Shown one piece after another: positions 21,240 through 31,702 of a DNA stretch of 31,702 nucleotides; position 1 is the first letter of the stretch; each line of letters begins with the position of its first letter. Source of the stretch: Octopus sinensis (taxonomy: Eukaryota); assembly GCF_006345805.1 (NCBI RefSeq), contig NW_021829671.1:1-31702 (forward strand), read 5' to 3'. The position numbers and the translations under genes were made by a program. Under the pieces are notes generated by a model. It had not been told where the DNA came from. It did not search any database and saw nothing but the letters and a program-made list of their open reading frames with translations.

Positions 21240-21744
21240 GGCCATCTGAGAAACGCTATGAAAAAATACCGTTATATAAAGGGAAATTACTGTGTTATAA
21301 TTCTGCTACTTATATAAATTAAGATTAAAAGTTCATAGTAAACACGTAAACATAGCTACTCATACGCTCACATGTGCGCTCGCGGACCCACGTGGGTACT
21401 TATACGTCACTATGAAAACGTACACATCTTCACTCGCATTTTTCGCCAAATGTATACGCATATATATACAAACTCATACACACACGCGTACCGTAAAATA
21501 TACGCACAAGCACAAGAAAAAACATGGTTAAAGGTAACAGAAAAAAACATAAGGAAGTATACAAAGCATAAAAACCACGTTCATATACGGACATGCCCTT
21601 ATGCACTCATACACACACACGCACATATATGTACATATCCGCACATACACACACGCATACACACACACGCATACACAAAAAATGAATATACATATGCCCA
21701 ACCCCAACCAAAATTGTAAAAATACCAAGTAAAAACGTCTATAC

Positions 21745-21777
<33 letters not shown>

Positions 21778-22215
21778 TGTATGTATGTATGTATGTATGT
21801 GTGTACATCTATGTATATACATGTTTGTATGTATGTACATGTATGTATGTATATATGTATGTATTTATGTACATGTATCTATGTATACAAAAATATACAT
21901 ACATGTACATACATACATGCATACATGTACATACATAGATACATGTACATAAATACATACATACATACATACATACATACATACATAATACATACATACT
22001 ACATACATACATACATACATGTATATACATAGATGTACACATATACATACATACATACATACATACATGCCTATATACATACATTCATACATACATACAT
22101 ACATACATACATACGTACGTACGTACATACATACGTACATGCATACATACATACATACATACATACATACATACATACATACATACATACATACATACAT
22201 ACATACATACATACA
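21745..22215. repeat. (TGTA)n/(TACA)n compound microsatellite forming a foldback
   Basis: Variant blocks such as GTGTACATCTATGTATATACATGT recur as reverse complements. Confidence 0.9.
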
Positions 22216-22509
22216 AATGCACAGGCACAAATATCCCACAATATACATCACAGAGTTGATAATGGAGGAAAAGGAAGAGACGAAGAAGAAGCGGAAGTGG
22301 ATGAAGAGTAGCGCATAAATTCACTTCCGTTGGCGTCTCGATATCTAATCTATAGTTTGGTATTTATGCACATCGAACTATTTCTTATCAATTTAGATTG
22401 CATGCTTGTGTGTGTGAGTGTGTGTGTGTGTGTAAGTGGCTATGTGTTTGTGTGCATATATACACATAGACACACACGTATATATACATACATATATATC
22501 TCTCTGTGA

Positions 22510-22850
22510 AGGCGCATGGCTCAGTGGTTAGAGCGTCGAGCTTACGATCGTGAGGTTGTGAGCTCGAATCCCGGACCGGGCTGCGTGTTGTGTTCTCGAG
22601 CAAGGCACTTTATTTCACGTTGCTCCAGTTCACTCAGCTGTAGAAATGAGTTGCGACATCACAGGTGCCAAGCTGTATCGACCTTTGTCTTTCCCTTGGA
22701 TAACATTGGTGGCGTGGGAGGGGAGGCCGGTATGCATGGGCGACTGCTGGTCTTCCAAAAACAACCTTGCCCAGACTTGTGACTAGGAGGGTAACTTTCT
22801 AGGTGCAATCCCATGGTCATTCATGACCGAAGGGGGTCTTTACCCCCTTT
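22510..22850 (+). mobile_element. tRNA-derived SINE with CORE-like block
   Basis: GGCGCATGGCTCAGTGGTTAGAGCG...GAGCTCGAATCCC head, followed by GAGCAAGGCACTTTATTTCACGTTGCTCCAGTTCACTCAGCTG. No CCA end or clean acceptor stem. Confidence 0.8.
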
Positions 22851-23203
22851 TTATATATCTCTATATATAAACGAAAAAATGCGTGTGTGTGTATCTTTTA
22901 TACAAATTCACAATTCTTCAGTTAGAGGGCTCGCACTTTCTATCGTCATTCAAAACCGTCCAAGGGTGGTCGTGCACATCTTCACATTTCCCCAGTTACC
23001 CTGCAAAGCCATTAAAGAATCAATAGAATTGACTTTTTTGTGAATTTTCTATCCAAAACCCAATCAAAATGCCGAATTGAATGCCAGCTAGCTGTATGTG
23101 ACTGGTCGGAGATTTGGACAGTACTCGCGTGTATGTGCGCATGCACGCACCTGTATATGCATGCACTAGCACTATGATCCGGCGTTGCCGGGTCATAGTG
23201 CTA

Positions 23204-23240
<37 letters not shown>

Positions 23241-23424
23241 TGCATGGATACATATATATGCTGGTGTGTGTAGGACGTGTGTGTATATATATATAATATA
23301 TATAATATATATTATATATATTTATGTACTCTCATTTACCTATACGATGTGCGCAACTAAAGATGGGCACATGCATACACTCAAAAGACACTATTTCTTT
23401 ATTTCTTTCTCTTTGTACCTGCAT

Positions 23425-23545
23425 GTCTGTCTGTCTGTCTGTCTGTCTGTCTTTCTGTGAGTCTGTTTGTCTGTCCGCCTGTCTGTCCGCCTGTCTGTCC
23501 GCCTGTCTGTCCGTCTATCTGTCCGTCTGTCTGTCTGTCTGTCTC
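23425..23545. repeat. (TGTC)n-derived microsatellite
   Basis: Direct reading. Confidence 0.9.
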
Positions 23546-24484
23546 CTATCCTTCACACACGCATGCGCGCGCACCCCCACCCACACTCACTGACACGGGT
23601 TGGTATTTGTCGACTTACACGATAAAATAAACAAACGCAAAATGAAGTGTACATACATAATACATACATATATATACATACATATACAAAGCGAAATATA
23701 TATATAACAAAGTATATACACATATGTATGCTGTATGTATGTATGTGTGTGTGTGTGGTGTGTAAGTGCGAGTGTGTACACACACACACACACTCACTCA
23801 CTCTCTCACACATTTACAAATACGTTATACGACCGCCTGAGCATCATAAAATTGGTATCGTATGTCAGGTGCTGGAACAGGAATATCTGGAAAATCTGGA
23901 AAATATAAGAAACGGTATCATTTAATGTGGGAACGCCTCTTGACTTATCAATCATAATAGACAAGCCAGCAGGGTAGCTTCTACGAGTTCGCTAGGCCTG
24001 CTAGAAATAACAGTGAAACTTCTTCAGATTTCATTCCTGGAAAGAGACTTTTGAATATTGATTACGTCGATGCTACTTATTTTGTTGAGGATTTCGATTC
24101 CCAGTCTCCCGGTTTCCTGCCGTCATGGGCCCTTGACCATTCTGGCAGCTTTCAATTAATCAATGTCTCGCGATTAAAATTTGACAGATGGGAAATTTCC
24201 AGAAACTGTCTATATGTACCCGCCTCCCCACACAGTTGTGCTGCATTCATTTGCTTGTTTCAAAGGCACCGCTTTGAAGGGACCTTAGTAATTATTGTTT
24301 TAAGTTTTGAACTTATTCAACTGGTTTCTTGTGCCAAACTGCCAGGTTATGGGGACCTAAAAAATATATACACACAGATGTATATATATATCTATGAATA
24401 TTAGAAGAAGTAAGGTATTCAGAAATTTTGATGGTTTTATATTTACAGATTTTTTATTAATATGTCACATGTTTTTTATAAATC

Positions 24485-24529
24485 ATATACTAGCGCTTGC
24501 ATCCACCCTAGTGGATTCGTCAGATATAT
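24485..24529 (-). ncRNA. type I minimal hammerhead motif (CUGACGA/GCAA, CUA site)
   Basis: AUAUAU|CUGACGA|AUCCAC UAGG GUGGAU|GCAA|GCGC|UA|GUAUAU. Confidence 0.72.
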
Positions 24530-24784
24530 ATGTATATATATACATATGTTCCAGGATTCGTTAGAATCTAGGTATATGGACATGTAGTATGCCAAGATTG
24601 GCAAGGCATTTAGTATTGAGCTTACAGCACGCTGAAGCAACTCACAGTTGCCGTTTGTTGATAGTATACTCTGTGTGTGTGTATATATATGTGCACACAC
24701 ACACACACAGACACACACATATCTATCTCTTTATATATATAACACACACATAGATCTATCTATCTATTTGTAAATATAACACGT

Positions 24785-24817
<33 letters not shown>

Positions 24818-24895
24818 CGTGGGTGTGTGGTGTGTGTGTGTATGTATGTATGATGTATGTATGTATGTATGTAGGTATGTATGTATGTATGTATG

Positions 24896-24926
<31 letters not shown>

Positions 24927-24942
24927 AATATTAATATATATA

Positions 24943-24979
<37 letters not shown>

Positions 24980-25039
24980 TAATAAATAAAACGTATGCAT
25001 ATATACATACATATATGTACGTACCTACCTCTACATGTA

Positions 25040-25348
25040 TATATACATGCATATATGGGTACAGGACACCAAAAAAACGTCGAACACAATGAGAAACGAA
25101 AACATAAACACAAAACCAAGGAACTGGACATTTTTCTTAAACAACGAAAAAATAGAGTACAGGACAAATAACACAAGGACAATTCCCCTTCTTCAGTCGC
25201 CATGGTTTCATCTACTCTGCGTTTCGAAGGTGAAGGCGATACGCATCTTCGACAGAAACTTTCCTTCCCGCGAAAAGCAAATTAGATAAAATTTTAGATC
25301 TTTTTGCTTAGGGGTAAAAATGGTAACAAAAACAGGACAGTAACGACA

Positions 25349-25350
<2 letters not shown>
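25040..25350 (-). mobile_element. (TA)n-flanked Penelope-type terminal fragment
   Basis: T-rich sense strand between TA-rich tracts, with a decayed hammerhead-like 3' half (GAAAC GCAGA GUA). Confidence 0.4.
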
Positions 25351-25384
<34 letters not shown>

Positions 25385-25535
25385 TTGAAACTGACTTATT
25401 GGAAGTCACCTGAAGATTGTCGATCAAGACAAGTAACAATTGTAGTGGCGGTTTTTTTGACTATTTATTAATTTATGTATTGATAAGTCTTTCTTGTTTG
25501 TTTTGCAAAATAGTGGTTTTGTCTCTAATAATATT
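25385..25535 (+). mobile_element. ~150-bp hammerhead-bearing unit (family Z) flanked on both sides by (TA)n
   Basis: Direct reading; a second partial copy lies at 20945-21020. Confidence 0.7.
25405..25449 (+). ncRNA. type I minimal hammerhead motif (CUGAAGA/GUAA, GUA site)
   Basis: GUCAC|CUGAAGA|UUGUC GAUCAA GACAA|GUAA|C AAUU G|UA|GUGGC. Confidence 0.78.
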
Positions 25536-25911
25536 TTATATATATATATATAATATATATATATTATGTGAAATAGAAAGATGAATAATCTTGTAGTAGA
25601 TTAATCAAAAGTTTAACCGATACCTTAGTAGCAAAAATCACAGCAGTAAACAGCACGGTTGGAGGTACAACCATCTGGCGTTGCAACCGTGCGTTGGTGC
25701 GGATAATTGAAATTAAAACATTATTGCCTTTCGAAACACGTGTAGAATGAAAAAAACGATTTCTGTTCAATCTGCGTTCAGCTCCATTTCTTCAATTCAC
25801 CAATAATGTTATATATATATATATATAATATATATATATATGTGTGTATATATATATATTATATATATATATTATATATATATATAATATATATTATATA
25901 ATATATATATA

Positions 25912-26212
25912 TTCATATAAAATATCGTGTACATTAAAACACATTAAGCGGCTTCCATCATAGGAAAGCCTTGCGCTAGAAAGAACAGTTAAAAATTCAA
26001 ACCACTAATTAGGGTTAAATACTCGAAGGAAATGAAAATTAAAAACATTTACCATCTAGGAATTAAATTAGATGTTAAATGTTTTTATTTTCATTCCTTC
26101 GAGAATTTATCCCTAATTAGTGGTTTGAATTTTTAACTGTTCTTTCTAGCGCAAGGCTTTTCTATGATGGAAGCCTCTTAATGTGTTTTATGTACACGAT
26201 ATTTTATATGAA
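25912..26212. repeat. foldback of family Y, ~145-bp arms, 10-nt spacer, in (TA)n
   Basis: 25912-26058 vs the reverse complement of 26069-26212 differ at roughly 8 positions by eye. Confidence 0.92.
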
Positions 26213-26369
26213 TATATATATATATATATTACGGAGATGTACTTGCATAGCGAGTGACTTGATCTGAGATCGTGTGCTGGAACGAAAACAATTGCAGCGT
26301 GGAAAGTGTTTATAAGCCATTTAAGAAACACACAATAAACCATTAGATTCACTTCAACATTTAATTTAA

Positions 26370-26419
26370 TTTGTCAAAATATTTTCGTCGCTTTGAGACC
26401 GCGACCTGTTCATGACAAA
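26370..26419 (-). ncRNA. type I minimal hammerhead motif with C at position 8
   Basis: UUUGUCA|UGAACA|G GUCGC GGUCUCAAA GCGAC|GAAA AUAU UU|UGACAAA. Confidence 0.7.
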
Positions 26420-26454
26420 CTTCGTGGCATCTGAGAAAGTAACAGTTAGTTCAT

Positions 26455-26720
26455 GATATATCATATATGTTTATGTATGTATGTGTGTGTGTGTTGTATG
26501 TATGTATGTATGTATTGTATGTATGTATGTAGTATGTATGTATGTATGTATGTATGTATGTATGTATGTATGTATGTATGTGCGTATTTATGTATGTATG
26601 TGCGTATGTATGTGTGTACATGTATGTGCATGCCTATACGCATGTATGTATTTACTTATGTACTTACGTATGTATGTGAGTATTTAGGAGAGTATGTAGA
26701 CGTGTCTGTGTGTGTGTGTA
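26455..26720. repeat. (TGTA)n-rich compound microsatellite
   Basis: Direct reading. Confidence 0.9.
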
Positions 26721-27479
26721 CATGTGAACGTATGTTTATATACTGATATGTGTCAGTTCAAGTTCTATACATGACTGTTACCTTGTTGAAGGTTGTACAT
26801 ATACACACATATACATTTATATAGACACACACACATATATACATATATGTGTGTTTGTGCGTTTGTCCCTCTTACCACCGTCTAACGGTGAATGAATACA
26901 ACGTCTTAGATACATATATGCACATATAACCTTATACATATATACAAGTACACACAATCATATAGACACACATACTCACAAATATACCTATAATCTTAAA
27001 GTATACACACATATACGCTCATCCATCTCTACATACATATATACATATACACACATATATATACACACGTATATGACACTCTTTTCAAGGACGACGGTTA
27101 AAATTCAAACTTGCTTTATTTTAGTCTATTTATCCTTTTTTATATTTTTTATTTTTACATGCATACATATATATAATTCATATATATATTTACACCTACT
27201 CATATGTGCATGCATATACATACTTATACACTAACATACACAACACACAACACATACACACACGTATACACACATATACATCAACACATACGTACATGCA
27301 TATCAAACAATGTACTCTCGTACGGTTATATATAACTGCATGTATGTATTTTAGTACCATGCATTTCAACATGTATGCATGTAAATGAGAGAGAGAGAGA
27401 GAGAGAGGGTGGTTATAGAATGGTACTCCCGAGTGGAATCTGGATGTTACCCCATTCGGATTTTCGGATATATATATAT

Positions 27480-27680
27480 GTGACCTCGTGTGTACCGTTG
27501 GCGATTTTTTTCCTCTGTCTTCCCTTCTCTGGATCTTTCTTTCTCCTATTTTTCCGACGAAGAGCTCCGCTCGAAACGTTAAACCCTCCTTCCCTTCTTT
27601 CCTGAGCGTCAAATAATACTTTATTTGTTCCACGTCCTCGCGTTGTTGTGCTTTTTTGTGTTTTCTTGTTTGGATTAACT
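27480..27680 (+). mobile_element. ~200-bp hammerhead-bearing unit flanked by (TA)n
   Basis: Pyrimidine-rich unit between TA tracts containing CCGACGAAGAGCTCCGCTCGAAACGTT. Confidence 0.65.
27550..27584 (+). ncRNA. ultra-minimal hammerhead motif (CCGACGA/GAAA, GUU site)
   Basis: UUU|CCGACGA|A GAGC UCC GCUC|GAAA|CG|UU|AAA, with palindrome AACGUU. Confidence 0.62.
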
Positions 27681-27699
27681 ATATATATATATGGATTAA

Positions 27700-27732
<33 letters not shown>

Positions 27733-27735
<3 letters not shown>

Positions 27736-28040
27736 ATAAGGGACTAAAGCCATCTGAATATGGCTAGGGACAGGGCAGGGTGGTGGCGTGTTACTGTTGC
27801 ATTTAGCCCCAGGCGAACATCAACGTCGCCAGATAGGCTTGACACCATCACGGCGTCCTCTATCCTGCAAAGGGAGATAATTCCCCGATGAAGCGGAAAC
27901 CACACACGGACCTAGGTTTCAAGGTGTTTGCCTATTATCAACGTGTGGTAGGCACCGCTTCCTCGACGAAAAACTCACTCTGCAGGATATTTATATATCT
28001 CCCTTTGCAGGATAGAGGACGCCGTGATGGTGTCAAGCCT
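27733..28040 (-). mobile_element. (TA)n-abutting structured repeat (family 2) with 45-bp perfect inverted duplication
   Basis: 27835-27879 is the exact reverse complement of 27996-28040. The minus strand carries a decayed hammerhead followed by the GGGG..GGGCUAAA motif. Confidence 0.7.
27905..27970 (-). ncRNA. decayed hammerhead motif (UCGAGGA/GAAA, GUC site)
   Basis: UCGAGGA|AG(C)GGUG CCUA..UAGG..CACCUU|GAAA|C CUAG G|UC. Stem I has only ~2 bp. Confidence 0.45.
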
Positions 28041-28149
28041 TTTATGAGATTTAGATATTAATTAGAAAACTAATAATTAATAAAATAATGCCGAGAAATA
28101 AGAAGAAAAAAAAAGAGAGAAAAAAGAATTCATAAGTATAGAAGATATA

Positions 28150-29545
28150 TTTGTTTGATTTAATGATTGACCCGAGACCACGTGAGTGGATTTTTGTAGA
28201 CAGAACTGAAAGGAGCCCAAATAGATATGCATGCTAGAAAAACGCTACAGTTGAACCAGGATTCATCCTGGGTCAAACGAACTGACCCTGAAGGGTCCTT
28301 CGATGTCGCGAGGGGGCATACGATAGCGCTGGTATTTGCAACCTTATATATAGGATTTTACATTCTGGACACCCTGGGTAATAAATTCCCTTCTGTCCAC
28401 TTCGGTTTCGATGCCTTAACCATCCCCAGAGGCGCCCACGGCCATCCTTTAGATAGGCTTAGAAAAGACATCATACGCACCTTAAAACCTTGGCCTTACA
28501 ATCACCATAGAGACTAACCTCACCGGGATGTCACGCTCGATTTAGACAGTGGCCCCCTCAGACCATACCGTAAAACGAATGATAGGCGATCATGCATTAA
28601 TACGGCCTCCTGCCACCCACTCATAGTGTTCAAAAACCTAATAAAGGTATCAGTAAACGGATTTCTATCTTATCTACAATGAGTGTGTTGCGGCCAGCGG
28701 GTTCAAGGGGTTTCAATGGCCATATAGTATATACACCAGGATCGAGTAACCATAAAAGGAAACGCCACCGCAAGGCCTATGGTTCACTCCCCACTTCCCC
28801 TAAACGTCGGACATGCGTAGGTAAGATTTTTCACGCGATCACACAAATATAGAAAGATCTTTAACAGACATAATTTAAGGATCTCTTTCAGTTGTGCACC
28901 CAATGTTAAGAAAAAATTAATGCCCTGTTGACGGCCGATGTAACGTCGAGGCTACAGTGTACCAAGCAAAGGTAGACTCAGACAGAAGCAGCACAAATAT
29001 CAGTAACATCAATGCCAACACAGGGACACACACTAAAATTTATGTCGGATCTTGTGAATCCAAATTTAAAATTCGCCTGAACAACCACAGATCTTCTTTC
29101 AGGGTCCTGGAGGGATGCAACGCAACAATACTCGCAGCATACGTATGGCGCCTAAAGGACGATCATCAGGTGGAAATTACTAGAAATTACTATCGCAACG
29201 GAACTAGACTTTGTAAATTGTGTATGGCAGAAAAAAAAATATAATCCTTATGAACTTAAATGAGCCAGGAGGCTACCTGAACTCCAGGACGGAAGCCGAG
29301 ATGTCCACATTTTAGGAAATTTTTATTTCAAAATTGGAAAACCTAGCTATCAAACGAAAGAAGACAACTCGCCCAGCCATAATTTTTGAAGAGAAATAAT
29401 TCTTGAACTGTCACCGGCGTTCTTGTGTTTTAAAAGAAATAAAAAATTCTTTGCAGAGAACAGTTATCGTTAAGAGAAACTGAAGATATGTCTAGTTCAC
29501 GCAAGATATGATACCAATGGTTTTTTAACCGTTACTTTACACATA
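28150..29545 (+). mobile_element. decayed Penelope-like element (RT plus C-terminal GIY-YIG endonuclease, then 3' pLTR)
   Basis: HARKTL..WVKR..FDVA.GAYDSAGICNL, DRLRKDII, LGLTITIETNL, DVTLDL..PYRKTND, WFTPHF, KIFNRHNLRISFSCAPNV, KIYVGSCESKFKIRLNNHRSSF, CKLCMAEK. Many frameshifts and stops. Ends at (TA)n. Confidence 0.88.
29469..29529 (+). ncRNA. type I hammerhead motif in the Penelope 3' pLTR (CUGAAGA/GAUA, GUU site)
   Basis: GUUA(AGAG)AAA|CUGAAGA|U AUGUCU..AGAUAU|GAUA|CC AAU GG|UU|UUU UAAC. Confidence 0.62.
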
Positions 29546-29557
29546 CAATGTATATAT

Positions 29558-29641
29558 ATATATATATACCAATTAAGGACTGAACACGAAAAATGGACAG
29601 TCAACATGCTAGATATAGACGTCAAATCGCCATTCTCCACA

Positions 29642-29645
<4 letters not shown>
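29558..29645 (-). mobile_element. family X terminal fragment between (TA)n tracts
   Basis: Reverse complement of 125-185. Confidence 0.6.
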
Positions 29646-29696
<51 letters not shown>

Positions 29697-29697
<1 letters not shown>

Positions 29698-29900
29698 CAA
29701 TACAATAAGAAGCTTCCACATAGGAAAGCCTTGTGCTAAAAGAGCAGTAGAAAACTCAAAAAACCACAGAAAAGAAAGGTTTGTTTCTCCAGAACTGACC
29801 TGGGGGTTGAACATGGAAAAAGTCCAACTACAAAACGACAATAACAGCTGTAACAGAAACATGAAGTGTTAAAAATAAAACACATAAATATAAAAGGGAT
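29697..29900 (-). mobile_element. diverged family Y terminal fragment
   Basis: AAGAAGCTTCCACATAGGAAAGCCTTGTGCTAAAAG resembles 25935-25985. Confidence 0.5.
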
Positions 29901-29990
29901 TTGTATATTCTGCTCCAGAATGAGCAGATAGGATGGGTTGATGTTCATCTTATTCCTCGAATACGAGTTTTAAAAAATGGGTAAGGAATT

Positions 29991-29991
<1 letters not shown>

Positions 29992-30046
<55 letters not shown>

Positions 30047-30075
30047 GAGACAGAGAGACAGAGAGACAGAGAGAG
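29992..30075. repeat. (GA)n microsatellite
   Basis: Direct reading. Confidence 0.97.
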
Positions 30076-30934
30076 GTCAAAAACTTATCAGTGGATGTGT
30101 TAACAGGTTTGTTAGCAGTTCTTGGGAACAGACGAGTCGAAAGAGGAGTGACGCGAACGATAAAAAAAAAATTTGAAGGAGGGTTGCTTTGACGAAAGAT
30201 AGACATTAGACGTTTATTAGTAAGGCGTACAACACACACACACACACACACACACCACATTCAGATGTTGTTGGATGACCGACCGATACAAGGAAATTGA
30301 ATATCCTTTTATCAGCCCCCCAAAACATTCTACCTTTGCTGCGTTGTATTCTTTTTAGGGAGCAGCGAAGTTTGACATTAAATGCTTTTTTTTTTTAAAA
30401 AAAGATATTGTTTTGATTTGTTTGTTCTCTTCTGATTTTCTTCTTCTTATTTTTTTTCCTCCTCCAGCAAAAATATGATAAAAAAAATAATAAAGTTCAT
30501 TGACCGTCGTAATGGGACTTCTTTTCTTTTCATTTTCGTTCCTTGCAATTTTGATTTGACCGAAATGTTTCTGATGATAGAATCACTTTTAACATCTGAA
30601 GGATACACCACAAACAACGTCTTGCGCGTCATTTTTGAAAAAAAGGGTCGAAAAAACAATTTGTGTTTATGTATACATTTTCAGACACACAGACACACAC
30701 ATTGATATTTCGCTTAGGCGTAGCGAGAGTAATAACTTGGTGTAGAACTCAATACGGGTGTGCTTCAGAACACAGTGTTAGATAAGTATAGAATAGTAAT
30801 AATAAAAGAAAACAGAGATGACACCGGACAAATCTAAGGCGATGTAATGAATTTCATTAGTTCACGGCTGTTTCTGCTATAAGACGCGGTTAACAATTAG
30901 TTGCGCAGCCGGAAAACATCCTATACCTTCATCG

Positions 30935-31406
30935 GGATCATTTCGGTTTGAACGGCAGTTTTTTCTAGCGGTGTCATATGAAATTGTCACCCATAATTAT
31001 GACCCTAGTATCGATCTATTGCATTTCAATCTGTTTTAGGGTTAGGGTTAGAGTTAGTGTTAGTTAGGGTTAGTTAGGGTGATGGTTAGGGTTAGGATTA
31101 GGGGTGGGAGGAAAGGGTATCTTTTTTTCTTCAGAAATGTAAATAAACCTAATCTGTTTCTTAAACGAGGGACATATTCATACGGCACAGAATGTTTTCA
31201 CCTAAAATAGACGTCATTGATTGGTTGAAATTGCAGAAATTGAAGAAAAAAAAAACAACAAATATGTTACAAACTATAGAATTTTCTCAATAAAGCCAAG
31301 AGAAAAGGATGTTTTATAAACACATTCTACCAGTATACGATGTTTAAAAGTGTTTAGTTACGTGGAAATTATTTTAAAAAACTGCCGTTCAAACCGATAA
31401 GATGCC
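30935..31406. mobile_element. MITE copy 2 (opposite orientation) with internal TTAGGG array
   Basis: Same TIRs and interior as 10415-10825. 8-bp TSD CTTCATCG (30927-30934 / 31407-31414). Confidence 0.9.
31036..31104 (+). repeat. degenerate (TTAGGG)n interstitial telomere-like array
   Basis: Direct reading; lies inside the MITE. Confidence 0.85.
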
Positions 31407-31647
31407 CTTCATCGGAGCCTTGAATATGAAATGCCCTTTATTTGAGAATATTACGTTTTTGGAACATACAGGTGGTACGAGTAACGCTCTGACGAAGCTA
31501 TGATGTTATCAGCGTATTGGAACAACAATAGCAGAAAAAGCTATAAGCTAACGAAGTCCATTACATAACCTTTGTTTTTTCCGGTATCATCTGCTTTTTC
31601 TGATATCTTATCTATCTATCTAATATATATGCTTTTATTATTCTTTT

Positions 31648-31702
31648 ATTTGTTTCAGTCATTTGACTGCGGCCATGGTGGAGCACCGCATTTAGTCGAA
31701 CA
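31648..31702 (-). mobile_element. 3' tail of CORE-type SINE (cut by window edge)
   Basis: TTTGTTTCAGTCATTTGACTGCGGCCATGGTGGAGCACCGC. Confidence 0.7.

Noticed and set aside
22512-22585. Possible tRNA gene
   Set aside because: Poor anticodon and acceptor pairing, and it continues into a CORE-like body: a SINE head.
25205-25262. Minus-strand CUGUCGA..CCUUCGAAACGCAGAGUAGAUGAAAC
   Set aside because: Hammerhead-like 3' half, but stems I and II need several bulges; not counted.
25725-25755. GAAACACGUGUA (palindromic stem III plus GUA)
   Set aside because: Only the 3' half of a hammerhead; no core or stem partners upstream.
31480-31525. ACGCU-CUGACGA-AGCU...AUC-AGCGU
   Set aside because: No GAAA and no proper stem II.

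Overview
AT-rich, repeat-saturated animal DNA. The SINE families and microsatellite spectrum look like octopus (inferred from pattern recognition, no database search). I recognise no host protein-coding gene, and most short ORFs in the supplied track are microsatellite or SINE read-through. The window contains: many tRNA-derived SINEs (several with clear TSDs, three as identical-junction dimers); a fragmented R4/Dong-like RT fossil (2.6-4.5 kb); a Tigger/pogo fossil; two 8-bp-TSD MITEs carrying TTAGGG repeats; two head-to-tail ORF1(gag)-only retroelements with CCHC knuckles and a shared 5' leader (13.3-16.4 kb); a full-length decayed mariner; and a decayed Penelope-like RT/GIY-YIG element. The main result is a cluster of eight sequence-unrelated minimal type I hammerhead-ribozyme motifs between 20.3 and 29.5 kb, on both strands. 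Nearly all lie just upstream of a (TA)n tract, and each has a non-canonical core (recurrent C at position 4; one with C8, predicting a G3:C8 swap). A second, unassigned pseudoknot-like RNA motif is shared by two different repeat families.
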